Assembly (NCBI GenBank): GCA_009691415.1 | Contig: SICP01000002.1 | Coordinates: 36,547 to 100,546 of the forward strand | DNA: 64,000 nucleotides | Direction: 5' to 3' | Origin: Candidatus Margulisiibacteriota bacterium | GTDB lineage: Bacteria; Margulisbacteria; Marinamargulisbacteria; SXXA01; SICP01 | Shown: positions 11,001-20,152 of the stretch, piece by piece | Numbering within the stretch: position 1 is the first letter of the stretch | Layout of the letters: each line of letters starts with the position of its first letter | Made by a program: the position numbers and the translations under genes | The notes under the pieces: generated by a model | Told to the model about the DNA's origin: nothing | Databases searched by the model: none | The model's input: only the letters and a program-made list of their open reading frames with translations

Positions 11001-11150
11001 AGGCGTATTGACCATTACTACAGGAAACGTGACATTAGGAAACAAATCAACAGGGATTTTCTTGATCGCAAGCACACCCAACGCCAACATCAAAATCACC
11101 AGACACGTAATAAAAATCGGTCGTTTTACAGATAAAGTGGCCAGATCCAT
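8046..11150 (-). CDS. RND family efflux transporter permease (AcrB/HAE1-like), 1034 aa
   Basis: 12-TM architecture with two large periplasmic loops. N-terminus MDLATLSVKRPIFITCLVILMLALG...FPNVTFPVVMVNTPYPGA is typical of AcrB-type pumps. Confidence 0.9.
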   Translation of the reverse strand: MDLATLSVKRPIFITCLVILMLALGVLAIKKIPVDLFPNVTFPVVMVNTPYPGAGSGEIETQISKVLEDELSSLSGIKRIRSTSQAGLSTVVVEFALETDIKDAEQHVRDRVTAVRNKFPMEAKASVIRRLDPADQPILVLALNADLPEGALFDLADERIKPRLEQVNHVGLVDLRGGRKREILVELDRNQLKARELSATRVSNAIAASGQNVPIGKIKGQEKETVLRTLGDYKHLSDVGSAIVNFLGNDVPVRVSDLGTVKDTLADETGRAFVNGKKAIFLNIYRQSGSNTIAVADALKKRLAVINSQIKDSPGHPSLTVVRDGSLRISANVLDVKESILFGIVLTIIVVYLFLGSVRSTVITGLALPNSLLGAFVLMSLFGFSINIMTLLALSLSVGLLIDDAIVVRENIFRHLEMGKTPIQAALEGTKEVTLAVVATTFSVLAVFGPIAFLHGIVGQFFKEFGLTVCFVMIISLFDALTIAPMLSAYFAGRSTDKSGFLSVFLESTIGLFPKYFGKFQVALERGYEHVLRFTLRHRVVVILIAIGIFVVSIQVMKHVPKTFLPAQDFGEFVVSLEMPPGTSLSAMHVIAKKVDYQLHTNKEVVNTVLTVGGDAGQANVASMYVTLVSSKQRKMNTSQFKDRVREQMKLFAYAQPVVKESDISGGGDRQFNLVIIGHDFKELDRISMIVLARLKKHPALSDVETSYKPGKPEIQVRFSDEQVGRLGVSKLMAGQELRTQIEGALPAVFRDGGVEYDIRVRLRDDQRNLKRDFSETYIPNINQSLIHVADVASAVEAEGPANITRQDRGRYIQISADVAPKGPGLGGAVSDIKKMFQTDIKLPEGMSYDFLGQAENFKELGQNMAIAALLGVLFIYLVLASLYESFITPITIMLVLPLAACGAFYALFITGESLNIFSMIGCVMLLGISTKNSILLVDYTRQLVKTGMSETDALIQAGKVRLRPILMTTFALIAGTLPIALGLNEASKQRVSLGVVVIGGLFSSTLLTLVVVPAAYGYIERLREWLLRFRPNR

Positions 11151-11153
11151 AAT

Positions 11154-12611
11154 CTAATTTCCAAACATCTTAAGTTGTGTAAACAAACGCAATAAATCCG
11201 CCTCAATACGAATTCGAGAAGAGTACGCAGTAGTATAATCTTGCTCAAACAAAATCACCTGATACGTCGTCGTACGACCTTGACGATGACGATCCAATTC
11301 ATAAGACCATTTTTCTTTTTGAATCTCTTCCATTTTCTGAGAGATTACTAACCGTTTTTTTGTATCTTTAAATTTCTGTGTTAAATCTTTCCACTCACGA
11401 TCTTGCTCAAACACCTTACGGTCAAAACTCAAAGCCGCCGATTCTACTTCTTTTAAAATCCCCTGATGCACATCCGAAAGTCGCGTCCCGTCCAAATACA
11501 TCTTGTACTTCACCCCCACCATATCCGTCGGATAAGACAAAGAAAACGAACTCAGCACCGCATCTATCCCATTATTATCCCGACGATTTAGCGCAAAAGA
11601 CGCCACCAAATCCAAACTTGGCGCATGCACCGCATCCGACAATTTAGCATTTAAACTAGCCAACCGATACAATTGCTTCGCGACCAAAACATCCTCTCTA
11701 AATAGAGCTCGATTAGGAATCTCTAACATACTCAAAGCAATACTACCCAAAGAAACCAAGTCTTCCGAAACCGTCTCGGCTTCTTCACCACGTGCCACAT
11801 TAAAAGCACGTGAAGCAGCAGACAATTCATCTTTAGCAGACTGTAAATCCAACTCACGTAATTGCACTATAGCGTTCACCTGTAACAAATCAGACCGGTC
11901 CGCCAATTGCAATTTCACACGATTAGCACTCCAGTCTCGAATCTGATAGGACTTCTGCAAAATACGCGTCTGAATATCCACCATCTCATTCGCCAAAATC
12001 AAACGCCAATAGGCCGTCTCAGCATCGGCCAAAAGCTGCTTCACTCTATACGATTCCGAATGGAATTTAACTAAAGACTGGGCCTCAATCAAATCAAAAG
12101 CCGCCCGCGTTTCTTTGCCACCAGCATTACGCAACAGTGGATAATTAAGAGACACCAAAGGCCGAGCTTCAACATACTTAGACTCTGGAATAAAAACAGA
12201 ATTAGCACCCATTACAGATATATAAGAAAGCTGATAACTCAACGACGCTTGAAGACCAAATTCAGTCTGAATCCCAACCCCAGAAGCACCCATCATATAA
12301 TCCGTTTTAGACCCTTGAAACGTAGGATTCTGTGGCTTTTTGGAATCAGAAATTGCCTGAAAATCAGCAAAAAAAGTAGGTGAATACAAAAACCCCGCCT
12401 CTTTCGCCCGCAACACAGAAGCCTCCACCGACATCATCGACGAACGCACGGCCTGATTCCCCAATTGGACTTGCTTTAAATAGACATCCAACGAAAGCGT
12501 TTCCGCAACACTTATACCAGATAAAAAACAAAAAAAGACAAAAACACCCCGTCTAAAGAAAGAAGAAAATAACATCTCTCGAAAGATAAAAGAAAGCCCC
12601 CAGTCTGTCAA
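11154..12611 (-). CDS. TolC-family outer membrane efflux protein (OEP), 485 aa
   Basis: Signal-peptide-like N-terminus (alternative start MLFSSFF at about 12575). Two-repeat alpha-helical/coiled architecture typical of outer membrane factor proteins. Lies 3 nt upstream of the RND gene. Confidence 0.8.
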   Translation of the reverse strand: MTDWGLSFIFREMLFSSFFRRGVFVFFCFLSGISVAETLSLDVYLKQVQLGNQAVRSSMMSVEASVLRAKEAGFLYSPTFFADFQAISDSKKPQNPTFQGSKTDYMMGASGVGIQTEFGLQASLSYQLSYISVMGANSVFIPESKYVEARPLVSLNYPLLRNAGGKETRAAFDLIEAQSLVKFHSESYRVKQLLADAETAYWRLILANEMVDIQTRILQKSYQIRDWSANRVKLQLADRSDLLQVNAIVQLRELDLQSAKDELSAASRAFNVARGEEAETVSEDLVSLGSIALSMLEIPNRALFREDVLVAKQLYRLASLNAKLSDAVHAPSLDLVASFALNRRDNNGIDAVLSSFSLSYPTDMVGVKYKMYLDGTRLSDVHQGILKEVESAALSFDRKVFEQDREWKDLTQKFKDTKKRLVISQKMEEIQKEKWSYELDRHRQGRTTTYQVILFEQDYTTAYSSRIRIEADLLRLFTQLKMFGN

Positions 12612-12704
12612 ACAAACCTTTACCGTTATACTGACTTTCCAAACCTGAAATTAACCAATAAGATAAGGTAAAATTTTATTTACAAAAGAAAAGGAACCTT
12701 CCTT

Positions 12705-14390
12705 ATGAAAAAAAAAACCAGAACCTATTCATCCCAAGTTGTTGACGGCGTCGACCGCGCTCCCTCTCGTGCCATGCTTAGAGCCGTTGGATTTAAAGAC
12801 GATGATTTCCAAAAACCACAAATCGGCATCGCCTCCACATGGAGCATGGTCACCCCCTGCAACATGCATATTCACGACCTCGCAAAAGCAACTGAAGCTG
12901 CCACCAATTTAGCCGGGGGAAAAGCCGTCATCTTCAACACCATCACCATCTCCGACGGCATCTCCATGGGCACAGAAGGCATGAAATACTCACTCGTTTC
13001 TCGCGAAGTCATCGCAGATTCCATCGAAACAGTCACCGGCTGCGAAGGCTTTGACGGCCTCGTCACCATCGGCGGCTGCGACAAAAACATGCCCGCCTGC
13101 GTCATGGCCATGATCCGCCTCAATCGCCCTTCTATCTTCGTCTACGGCGGCACCATCTTACCTGGCTGTCACAACAATAAAGACCTCGACGTCGTCTCCG
13201 TTTTCGAAGCCGTCGGTGCACACGCCAACAAAAAAATAACCGATGCCGAGCTCTACGCCATAGAAAGTTGCGCCATACCAGGCCCAGGTTCCTGCGGCGG
13301 CATGTACACAGCCAACACCATGGCCTGCGCAATCGAAGCCCTAGGACTCAGCCTTCCAAACAGTTCTGCCCAAGCAGCCATCTCAGATGCTAAAAAAATC
13401 GATTGCGCAAATGCCGCAAAAGCCGTCCTATCTCTACTAGAAAATGGCATCGCCCCACTCAACATTCTCACTAAAAAATCCTTCGAAAATGCCATCACCG
13501 TCGTCACGGCACTAGGTGGATCAACTAACGCAGTTCTCCACCTACTTGCCATCGCAAGCACCGCAGATATAGACCTCAGCATCGATGATTTTACACGCAT
13601 TGGCGCAAACGTCCCCGTACTTGCCGACCTCAAACCAAGTGGCAAATACACCATGTCCAAACTCGTCGAAATCGGCGGTGTTACCCCCCTCATGAAACTA
13701 CTTCTTGAGGCAGGCCTATTACATGGCGACTGCCTCACCGTCACAGGAAAAACCCTCGAAGAAAATCTAGCCAACGTCGCACCCTACCCAGTCGGACAAG
13801 AAGTCATCAAACCGCTTACAGATCCCATCAAAAAAAATAGCCACCTCGTCATCTGCTACGGCAACCTAGCACCAGGCGGCGCGGTTGGAAAAATCTCCGG
13901 AAAAGAAGGCCTACAATTCACTGGCATTGCCCGCGTCTACAATTCCGAAGAAACCGCCCTCACCCAAATCCTAGACGGCACCATACAAAAAGGAGACGTC
14001 ATCGTCATCCGATACGAAGGCCCCAAAGGCGGCCCAGGCATGCGAGAAATGCTCTCCCCCACTTCCGCAGTGATGGGCAAAGGCCTAGGCAAAGACGTCG
14101 CTCTCATCACAGACGGACGCTTCTCCGGCGGCAGCCACGGATTCGTCATCGGACACATCACCCCCGAAGCCTACGAAGGCGGCCCCATCGCACTCCTAAA
14201 AGACGGAGACACCATCACCATTGACGCCGAAAAACGCGAAGTCAACGTCCACCTCTCCGAAAGCGAACTCGCCTCACGCAAACTCACCTGGAAAAAACCA
14301 GAACCCCTCTACACAAGAGGCGTCCTAGCCAAATACGCCAAGCTCGTCAGTTCCGCGTCAGAGGGTGCTGTTACAGACAAAAATCTATGA
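12705..14390 (+). CDS. ilvD: dihydroxy-acid dehydratase IlvD
   Basis: 561 aa. CDKNMPA, GSCGGMYTANTMA and PGMREML motifs of the IlvD/EDD family; short-form IlvD length. Confidence 0.95.
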   Translation: MKKKTRTYSSQVVDGVDRAPSRAMLRAVGFKDDDFQKPQIGIASTWSMVTPCNMHIHDLAKATEAATNLAGGKAVIFNTITISDGISMGTEGMKYSLVSREVIADSIETVTGCEGFDGLVTIGGCDKNMPACVMAMIRLNRPSIFVYGGTILPGCHNNKDLDVVSVFEAVGAHANKKITDAELYAIESCAIPGPGSCGGMYTANTMACAIEALGLSLPNSSAQAAISDAKKIDCANAAKAVLSLLENGIAPLNILTKKSFENAITVVTALGGSTNAVLHLLAIASTADIDLSIDDFTRIGANVPVLADLKPSGKYTMSKLVEIGGVTPLMKLLLEAGLLHGDCLTVTGKTLEENLANVAPYPVGQEVIKPLTDPIKKNSHLVICYGNLAPGGAVGKISGKEGLQFTGIARVYNSEETALTQILDGTIQKGDVIVIRYEGPKGGPGMREMLSPTSAVMGKGLGKDVALITDGRFSGGSHGFVIGHITPEAYEGGPIALLKDGDTITIDAEKREVNVHLSESELASRKLTWKKPEPLYTRGVLAKYAKLVSSASEGAVTDKNL

Positions 14391-14821
14391 AACTCACACA
14401 CAGCGCCGGCGGCATTGTCATCAATCCCTTTGGAGAAATTCTCATCGTCAGCCAAAGAGGTAAATCTTGGACTCTCCCAAAAGGACACCTCAATAAAAAA
14501 GAAACACACCTAGCCGCCGCAAAACGTGAAATTCACGAAGAAACCGGGGTCACAGAACTCACTCTCATAGAAGAACTGGGATCCTACGAACGACACAAAT
14601 CAAGTAAAAATAACGGAGAAGATCCCAATGAACTAAAAACAATCACACTCTTTCTCTTCACAACAACACAAATGGCCCTCTCCCCTCTCGATCCCAAACA
14701 TCCAGAAGCCATCTGGGCAGATCGAGACACTATCCTTGATCTACTCACTCATCCCAAAGACAAAGAATTTTTTAGCACAGTTCTAGAAAAACTACCTACC
14801 AAAGAACAATGCAACGCCTAA
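14387..14821 (+). CDS. NUDIX hydrolase
   Basis: Nudix box GHLNKKETHLAAAKREIHEETGV (Gx5Ex7REUxEExGU). 4-nt overlap with the ilvD stop. Confidence 0.85.
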   Translation: MKLTHSAGGIVINPFGEILIVSQRGKSWTLPKGHLNKKETHLAAAKREIHEETGVTELTLIEELGSYERHKSSKNNGEDPNELKTITLFLFTTTQMALSPLDPKHPEAIWADRDTILDLLTHPKDKEFFSTVLEKLPTKEQCNA

Positions 14822-15132
14822 TCACTATCCTAACCACCATACCAGACAAGAAAACGGCTCAACTTATAGCTAACAAACTACTACAAAACAAACTCGCAGC
14901 ATGCGTCCAAATATCGGGGCCTATTGAAAGTCACTACACTTGGAATAACAAGAAAGAAATCTCTAAAGAGTATCAATGCACCATCAAAACACAATCTCAC
15001 TTATATAAAAAAATAGAAGCCCTAATCAGTGCTAACCACCCTTATGAGACACCTCAAATAATAGGCATCCCAATTTTAAATATAAGCCAAAATTATGCCG
15101 ATTGGATAAGAAAAGAAACTACAATTTCTTAG
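14809..15132 (+). CDS. cutA: divalent-cation tolerance protein CutA
   Basis: 107 aa. AACVQISGPIESHYTWNNK and HPYETPQIIGIPI match the CutA1 fold signature. Confidence 0.85.
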   Translation: MQRLITILTTIPDKKTAQLIANKLLQNKLAACVQISGPIESHYTWNNKKEISKEYQCTIKTQSHLYKKIEALISANHPYETPQIIGIPILNISQNYADWIRKETTIS

Positions 15133-16555
15133 AAAGCTGAGAACGCTTTAGATCTGAAACTTTGGCATTAAATCGGCCAATTGCCGCTTGAACCTGATGC
15201 AGACGTGCGCCATCTTTAGATTTTTCAAATAGTTTCTTTAAGGTATTCAAAGACACAATATCCAGCTCAGCTGTTTTGATCGCACGATCATATTCTGCAT
15301 CCACCAAAGCCGACTCACCATTTTTCTTGTACAAATCCACGAGAGTCAAATGCACAACCGACAAATCAACACTAGGAAGCAATTCCCCTTTCACCTCTGC
15401 ACGCTTGAGTTCTTCCAAAGCTTTCTTTTCATCTCCCGCCGCCATATATACCTTTGCAAGCATATAATGGGGAATAGGAGATGTCGGAGATTGAGAAATT
15501 TGTGCTTGATACGCAGCCACAGCCTCCTGAATATCCCCCTTCATCTTCGCCTGATAAGCACGTAGAGTCACGTCCAAAACTTTGAGTAAATTCTGATTCA
15601 AAAAAGTCTGCACATACGATTGCAACACATATCCACGCTTCGCCGCCAGTATAGATTCTTTTTCTTTTCCATAGTCCAAATCTAGTGGGCGCGGGCGATC
15701 TCTACGGTCTAAAACTTGTACAATTTCATATCCCAACGACGTCTGAATAGGCTCTGACACTTGACCATTTTTTAGAGAAAACAAAACATTATCAAGTGAA
15801 ATTTCGGTTGAACCACCCGCTACCCATCCCAAATCCCCACCAGAAGCCTTGGTTGAAAGATCATCAGAATAGAAACGAGCAGCCTCTTGAAAAGACAACC
15901 CTTTAGTTATTTTTTGAGTAATATCCAGTGCTTTCGCTTTTGCGGTAGCATCCATCGTAGGAGACGTCACGCGTACAATTAAATGTCTTACTTTCAGTTC
16001 CGTATATTTTTTGTCTACATCTTCATCTGAAACAGACAGCCCATCTTGCAATTTCTTAGAAAATTTTTGCACCATGTACTCATTTTCTTGGTTTTCCAAA
16101 AACGTATTATAAGTAATATTTCGAGACGCCAAAAGTGCTTTCAATTCTTTCTTACCTGATAATTTTAATTGCAAATAAACAGAATCCAACAACTGACTCC
16201 GCTCAGACCGACTTACACTAATATCTGCTTTCTTTGCACCCTCTAATAAAACTTCAAATTGAAGCGCTCTTAAGAAAGAATTCCATTGAAAAACTTCTAA
16301 ATAATCCGGCGTCAAATTTTCATACGGTCGTTCCTGACGAAATTGCTCCAAAATAACAGATAGGTTCTGGTAATAATGAGCTTGACTAACAGCAAGATTC
16401 CCCGCCATTGCAACCATTTTAGATAAATCTTGAGGCGTCGATTTTTTAGAAAAAGAATTACCAAAAAAAACAGCCCCCACAAACATCGTTACCCCAAATG
16501 CAATGACAATAGACCAAACAATAAACGATGCTTTTTCTCTAAAAAATTTCAACAT
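15119..16555 (-). CDS. membrane-anchored parvulin-type peptidyl-prolyl isomerase (PpiD/SurA-like periplasmic chaperone)
   Basis: N-terminal TM anchor, then a parvulin domain (VRHLIVRV...ASGGDLGWVAGG...GYEIVQV), then a C-terminal TPR-like segment. Overlaps cutA by 14 nt in convergent orientation. Confidence 0.75.
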   Translation of the reverse strand: MLKFFREKASFIVWSIVIAFGVTMFVGAVFFGNSFSKKSTPQDLSKMVAMAGNLAVSQAHYYQNLSVILEQFRQERPYENLTPDYLEVFQWNSFLRALQFEVLLEGAKKADISVSRSERSQLLDSVYLQLKLSGKKELKALLASRNITYNTFLENQENEYMVQKFSKKLQDGLSVSDEDVDKKYTELKVRHLIVRVTSPTMDATAKAKALDITQKITKGLSFQEAARFYSDDLSTKASGGDLGWVAGGSTEISLDNVLFSLKNGQVSEPIQTSLGYEIVQVLDRRDRPRPLDLDYGKEKESILAAKRGYVLQSYVQTFLNQNLLKVLDVTLRAYQAKMKGDIQEAVAAYQAQISQSPTSPIPHYMLAKVYMAAGDEKKALEELKRAEVKGELLPSVDLSVVHLTLVDLYKKNGESALVDAEYDRAIKTAELDIVSLNTLKKLFEKSKDGARLHQVQAAIGRFNAKVSDLKRSQLSKKL

Positions 16556-16566
16556 TTAGCACTCCT

Positions 16567-17454
16567 TTAAAACGTGGTTTTCAACGAACGTGATACCGCA
16601 ATAAATGCGCCAATCACACCCAAGAAAACCCCCATACCTGCTAACATCAAATAAATGGTTCGTAACGTATTTACATCATACATAAGCGGAAAATACGGAA
16701 TCGTATCCTGAAACCATTGTACAAAAAACACATAAAAAAACTTTAAAATAATAATTGAAACACCCGACCCTAAAGACCCAATAATTAACCCTTCGATTAA
16801 AAAGGGCCAGCGCACAAATTGATTGGTAGCGCCCACAAGCTGCATAATCTCAATCTCGTGCTGCCTAGCAATAACCGTCAAACGAATCGTATTCATCACA
16901 ATAAGCAACGTCGCTAAAGTTAATAATCCAACCAACACAAACCCACTATAACGCAAAAAATTAGAGACCGTTTTAATCTGCTGCGCAATTACACCGCCAT
17001 AAACAACATCATCAATTAAAGAATCCATACGCCTAAAATAAGCCGCCATCGATTCAATATCTTTCTGATCAATCAACTTCACATAAATGGTATCTGGCAA
17101 TGGATTTGAGCGCACCCAATCCGCCAAAGGCATGTTCGGATAATTCGTCTGAAACTTCTTCCAAGCCTGATCACGTGTCACCAATTTAACCGACTTTACT
17201 TCTTTCATTTTTGCAATGCGCGCTCTCAGATCAGATTCCCCACCTTCCGAAGCAGACTGCCTCAAATACAAACGAATCTCCAACTTAGACGCCATAAAAT
17301 CACCCAAATTTGCAATATTGGCTGACATCAACAAAAACATACCCAACACAATCAAAGAAACCGAAATCGTTGCAATAGAAATTAAAATCATAAGACCAGA
17401 ACGACGCATTCCCGTAATCGCTTCAGAAAGAAAAAAAATAAAATCCGTCATCAT
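16567..17454 (-). CDS. ftsX: cell division permease-like protein FtsX
   Basis: 295 aa, four TM segments with a large periplasmic loop. Overlaps ftsE by 4 nt. Confidence 0.85.
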   Translation of the reverse strand: MMTDFIFFLSEAITGMRRSGLMILISIATISVSLIVLGMFLLMSANIANLGDFMASKLEIRLYLRQSASEGGESDLRARIAKMKEVKSVKLVTRDQAWKKFQTNYPNMPLADWVRSNPLPDTIYVKLIDQKDIESMAAYFRRMDSLIDDVVYGGVIAQQIKTVSNFLRYSGFVLVGLLTLATLLIVMNTIRLTVIARQHEIEIMQLVGATNQFVRWPFLIEGLIIGSLGSGVSIIILKFFYVFFVQWFQDTIPYFPLMYDVNTLRTIYLMLAGMGVFLGVIGAFIAVSRSLKTTF

Positions 17455-18131
17455 CCTTCGTACGGCCCCAATTCTTTATCTCGCACTACTTTGCCATTTT
17501 CAAGACCCACCACACGCTTTCTAATATCATCAACAATGCTCTTATTATGTGTCGCCACAACCACTGTCGTTTGACGCGCATTAATCTTGCTCAACAATTG
17601 CATAATTTCCCAAGAGGTATCAGGATCCAAACTACCCGTAGGCTCATCTGCAAGCAAAATAGGTGGATTATTCACAATAGCACGTGCAATACAAATACGT
17701 TGCTGCTCACCACCCGATAACTCGGAAGGATAATGGTTCAATTTCTCAGAAAGCCCCACCAATTCTAAAACCTGTGTCACCTGACGTCTAATCCGCGCCC
17801 GAGAATAGTGCATCACTCTTAATGCAAAGGCAATATTTTCATACACCGTACGACGAGGTAATAACTTGTAATCCTGAAAAATCATACCTATTCCACGACG
17901 AAAATAAGGAATTTGATTTTTCTTAATCGAATTAAGCGCAAAATTATCAATATATATCTCACCCGAGCTGGGTACTTCAGAACGAAAAATCAAATTCAAT
18001 AAACTAGACTTTCCAGCACCAGAAGGCCCGACCAAATATACAAACTCACCTCTGCCAATATGCAAGGTTACATCTTCTAAAGCAACAAATCCATTAGGGA
18101 AAACTTTACTAATATTTTTAATCCGAATCAT
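17451..18131 (-). CDS. ftsE: cell division ATP-binding protein FtsE
   Basis: Walker A GPSGAGKSS, ABC signature LSGGEQQR, Walker B ILLADEPTGSLD. 226 aa. Confidence 0.9.
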   Translation of the reverse strand: MIRIKNISKVFPNGFVALEDVTLHIGRGEFVYLVGPSGAGKSSLLNLIFRSEVPSSGEIYIDNFALNSIKKNQIPYFRRGIGMIFQDYKLLPRRTVYENIAFALRVMHYSRARIRRQVTQVLELVGLSEKLNHYPSELSGGEQQRICIARAIVNNPPILLADEPTGSLDPDTSWEIMQLLSKINARQTTVVVATHNKSIVDDIRKRVVGLENGKVVRDKELGPYEG

Positions 18132-18138
18132 ACGCCTA

Positions 18139-20124
18139 CTATATCCTCACTTTTCGCATACGCTCTACAATGGCTTCCAAAGTAAATCCAAAATGTTTCT
18201 TCAAAACAGGTGCGGGAGCACTCTCACCAAATGTATCAATAGAAACCACATGCCCCTCACGTCCTACAAAACGATGCCAACCAAAAGATGTCCCTGCCTC
18301 AATAGCCCAAAACTGCTTCACATTCCCATCAAAAATTGAGGCCCGATAGGCCGAATCTTGACGATCAAATAATTCAAAAGAAGGCACCGAAACAACCTTT
18401 ACAGAATATCCCTGCTCTTCCTGATATGTCGCAACGTCCAACGCCAAAGACACTTCTGCTCCAGTCGCAAACAAACAATAATCGATATCTATTCTAGAAG
18501 GCGTCTTCACAACATAAGCGCCGCGCGAAACCCCCTCAAACGAAGACTGTGTCAAATCCGGAACAGAAAGCCGACTTAAAATCAAAGCCACAGGCCCCTC
18601 TTCACGTACTGCTGCAGCCCATGCACCACGAACTTCAGTCACATCTGCAGGACGAATCACCACAAGCCCTGGCATCGAACGAAGCGAAGCAACATGTTCA
18701 ACAGGTTGATGTGTCGGACCATCTTCACCCAAAAACACACTATCATGCGTAAAATGATAAATCACTTTTTGCTTCATCAGCGCAGACAATCGAATCGCAT
18801 TACGCATATAATCCGAAAACGTTAAAAACGTGCCGCACGTTGCAGACAACATCCCATGAAGAGACAATCCCGTACTCATCGCACCCATCGCAAATTCCCG
18901 CACACCATATTTAATATTTCGACCCGAAAATGACGTGGTTGCAACCGTACCCATACCAGCCAAAAGCGTATTATCCGAAGACGATAAATCTGCAGATCCC
19001 ACCACCAACCAAGGCAACGCTTTCCCAACAACCTGCAACACTGCATTAGAAGACTGCCGCGTCGCCAAATTAGGTTTAATCTGAACAGACTGAATCTGAG
19101 CATCCAAATCCGAAACAAGCGATTTTTCAATGCACTGTTTCCACAATCTTGATTTCTCAAGGTTCACGGTAGACCATGCCAAAAAACGACGATGCCACTC
19201 TGTATAATATGCCGCATCACGCGCCTGCTTCTCTTTAAAGTACGCCTTAACCGTACCAGGCACATCAAACAGCGAAGTCGTCGAAATTCCTAAAATTTCT
19301 TTTGCACGTAAGGTTTCTTCTGTTCCCAAAGCTTTACCATGTGCCTCATTAGAACCCTGCACAGAAAGAGCCCCATATCCAATCACCGTTTTAGCAATAA
19401 TAAGAACAGGCCGATCTGCTAACTGAGCTTGCAAAAATGCATCATGAATTTGATCAAAATCATGTCCATTCGTCTCTAAAACAAACCACCCATAGGCCTC
19501 ATATCTAGCACGCGTATTCTCAGTAAAACACTCCGCTGTTGTTCCATCTAAACAAATATCATTAGAATCATAAATCACTACCAAATTATCCAAATTTAAA
19601 TGTCCAGCCAGAGAACTTGATTCAGAAGTAATCCCTTCCATCAAATCCCCATCTCCCACTAACACATACACCTTTGCATCCAATAATTTATCAGCAGCAA
19701 CATCAAAACGTGCTTGCACCATTTTCTGAGCAAGCGCAATACCAGTAGCAGTCGCCAACCCTTGCCCCAAAGGGCCCGTAGTCGTTTCAACCCCAGGTGT
19801 TAACAAATATTCAGGATGTCCAGGCGTCTTAGAATGTAACTGTCTAAATTGCTTTACTTCATCAAGAGAAAGATCAAATCCAGCTACATGTAAAGTCGCA
19901 TACAAAAGGGCACTCCCATGTCCCGCAGACAAAACAAAACGATCCCGATTAACCCACTTTGGATCTTTTGGATGATGCCTTAAAACAAAGCCATACAGAT
20001 AAGCCATTAAATCTGCACATCCCAATGGTAATCCTGGATGCCCACACCCCGCAGCTTCTACCGCATCGATAGATAACCCACGCAAAGTTTTTGCAATATC
20101 CCGCAATCCTAACCATTTATCCAT
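18139..20124 (-). CDS. tkt: transketolase
   Basis: 661 aa. TPP-binding N-terminus ...AGCGHPGLPLGCADLMAYLY...LSAGHGSALLY, and GDGDLMEG motif. Confidence 0.95.
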   Translation of the reverse strand: MDKWLGLRDIAKTLRGLSIDAVEAAGCGHPGLPLGCADLMAYLYGFVLRHHPKDPKWVNRDRFVLSAGHGSALLYATLHVAGFDLSLDEVKQFRQLHSKTPGHPEYLLTPGVETTTGPLGQGLATATGIALAQKMVQARFDVAADKLLDAKVYVLVGDGDLMEGITSESSSLAGHLNLDNLVVIYDSNDICLDGTTAECFTENTRARYEAYGWFVLETNGHDFDQIHDAFLQAQLADRPVLIIAKTVIGYGALSVQGSNEAHGKALGTEETLRAKEILGISTTSLFDVPGTVKAYFKEKQARDAAYYTEWHRRFLAWSTVNLEKSRLWKQCIEKSLVSDLDAQIQSVQIKPNLATRQSSNAVLQVVGKALPWLVVGSADLSSSDNTLLAGMGTVATTSFSGRNIKYGVREFAMGAMSTGLSLHGMLSATCGTFLTFSDYMRNAIRLSALMKQKVIYHFTHDSVFLGEDGPTHQPVEHVASLRSMPGLVVIRPADVTEVRGAWAAAVREEGPVALILSRLSVPDLTQSSFEGVSRGAYVVKTPSRIDIDYCLFATGAEVSLALDVATYQEEQGYSVKVVSVPSFELFDRQDSAYRASIFDGNVKQFWAIEAGTSFGWHRFVGREGHVVSIDTFGESAPAPVLKKHFGFTLEAIVERMRKVRI

Positions 20125-20152
20125 TATCAGTTGCCTACTTTTAATTTAATTT

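Noticed and set aside
13132-13774. Arg-rich minus-strand ORFs inside ilvD (13132..13332, 13253..13774), and similar antisense ORFs inside acrB, tkt, glnA and pyrG
   Set aside because: They overlap well-supported genes on the opposite strand and have low-complexity composition. They are spurious.
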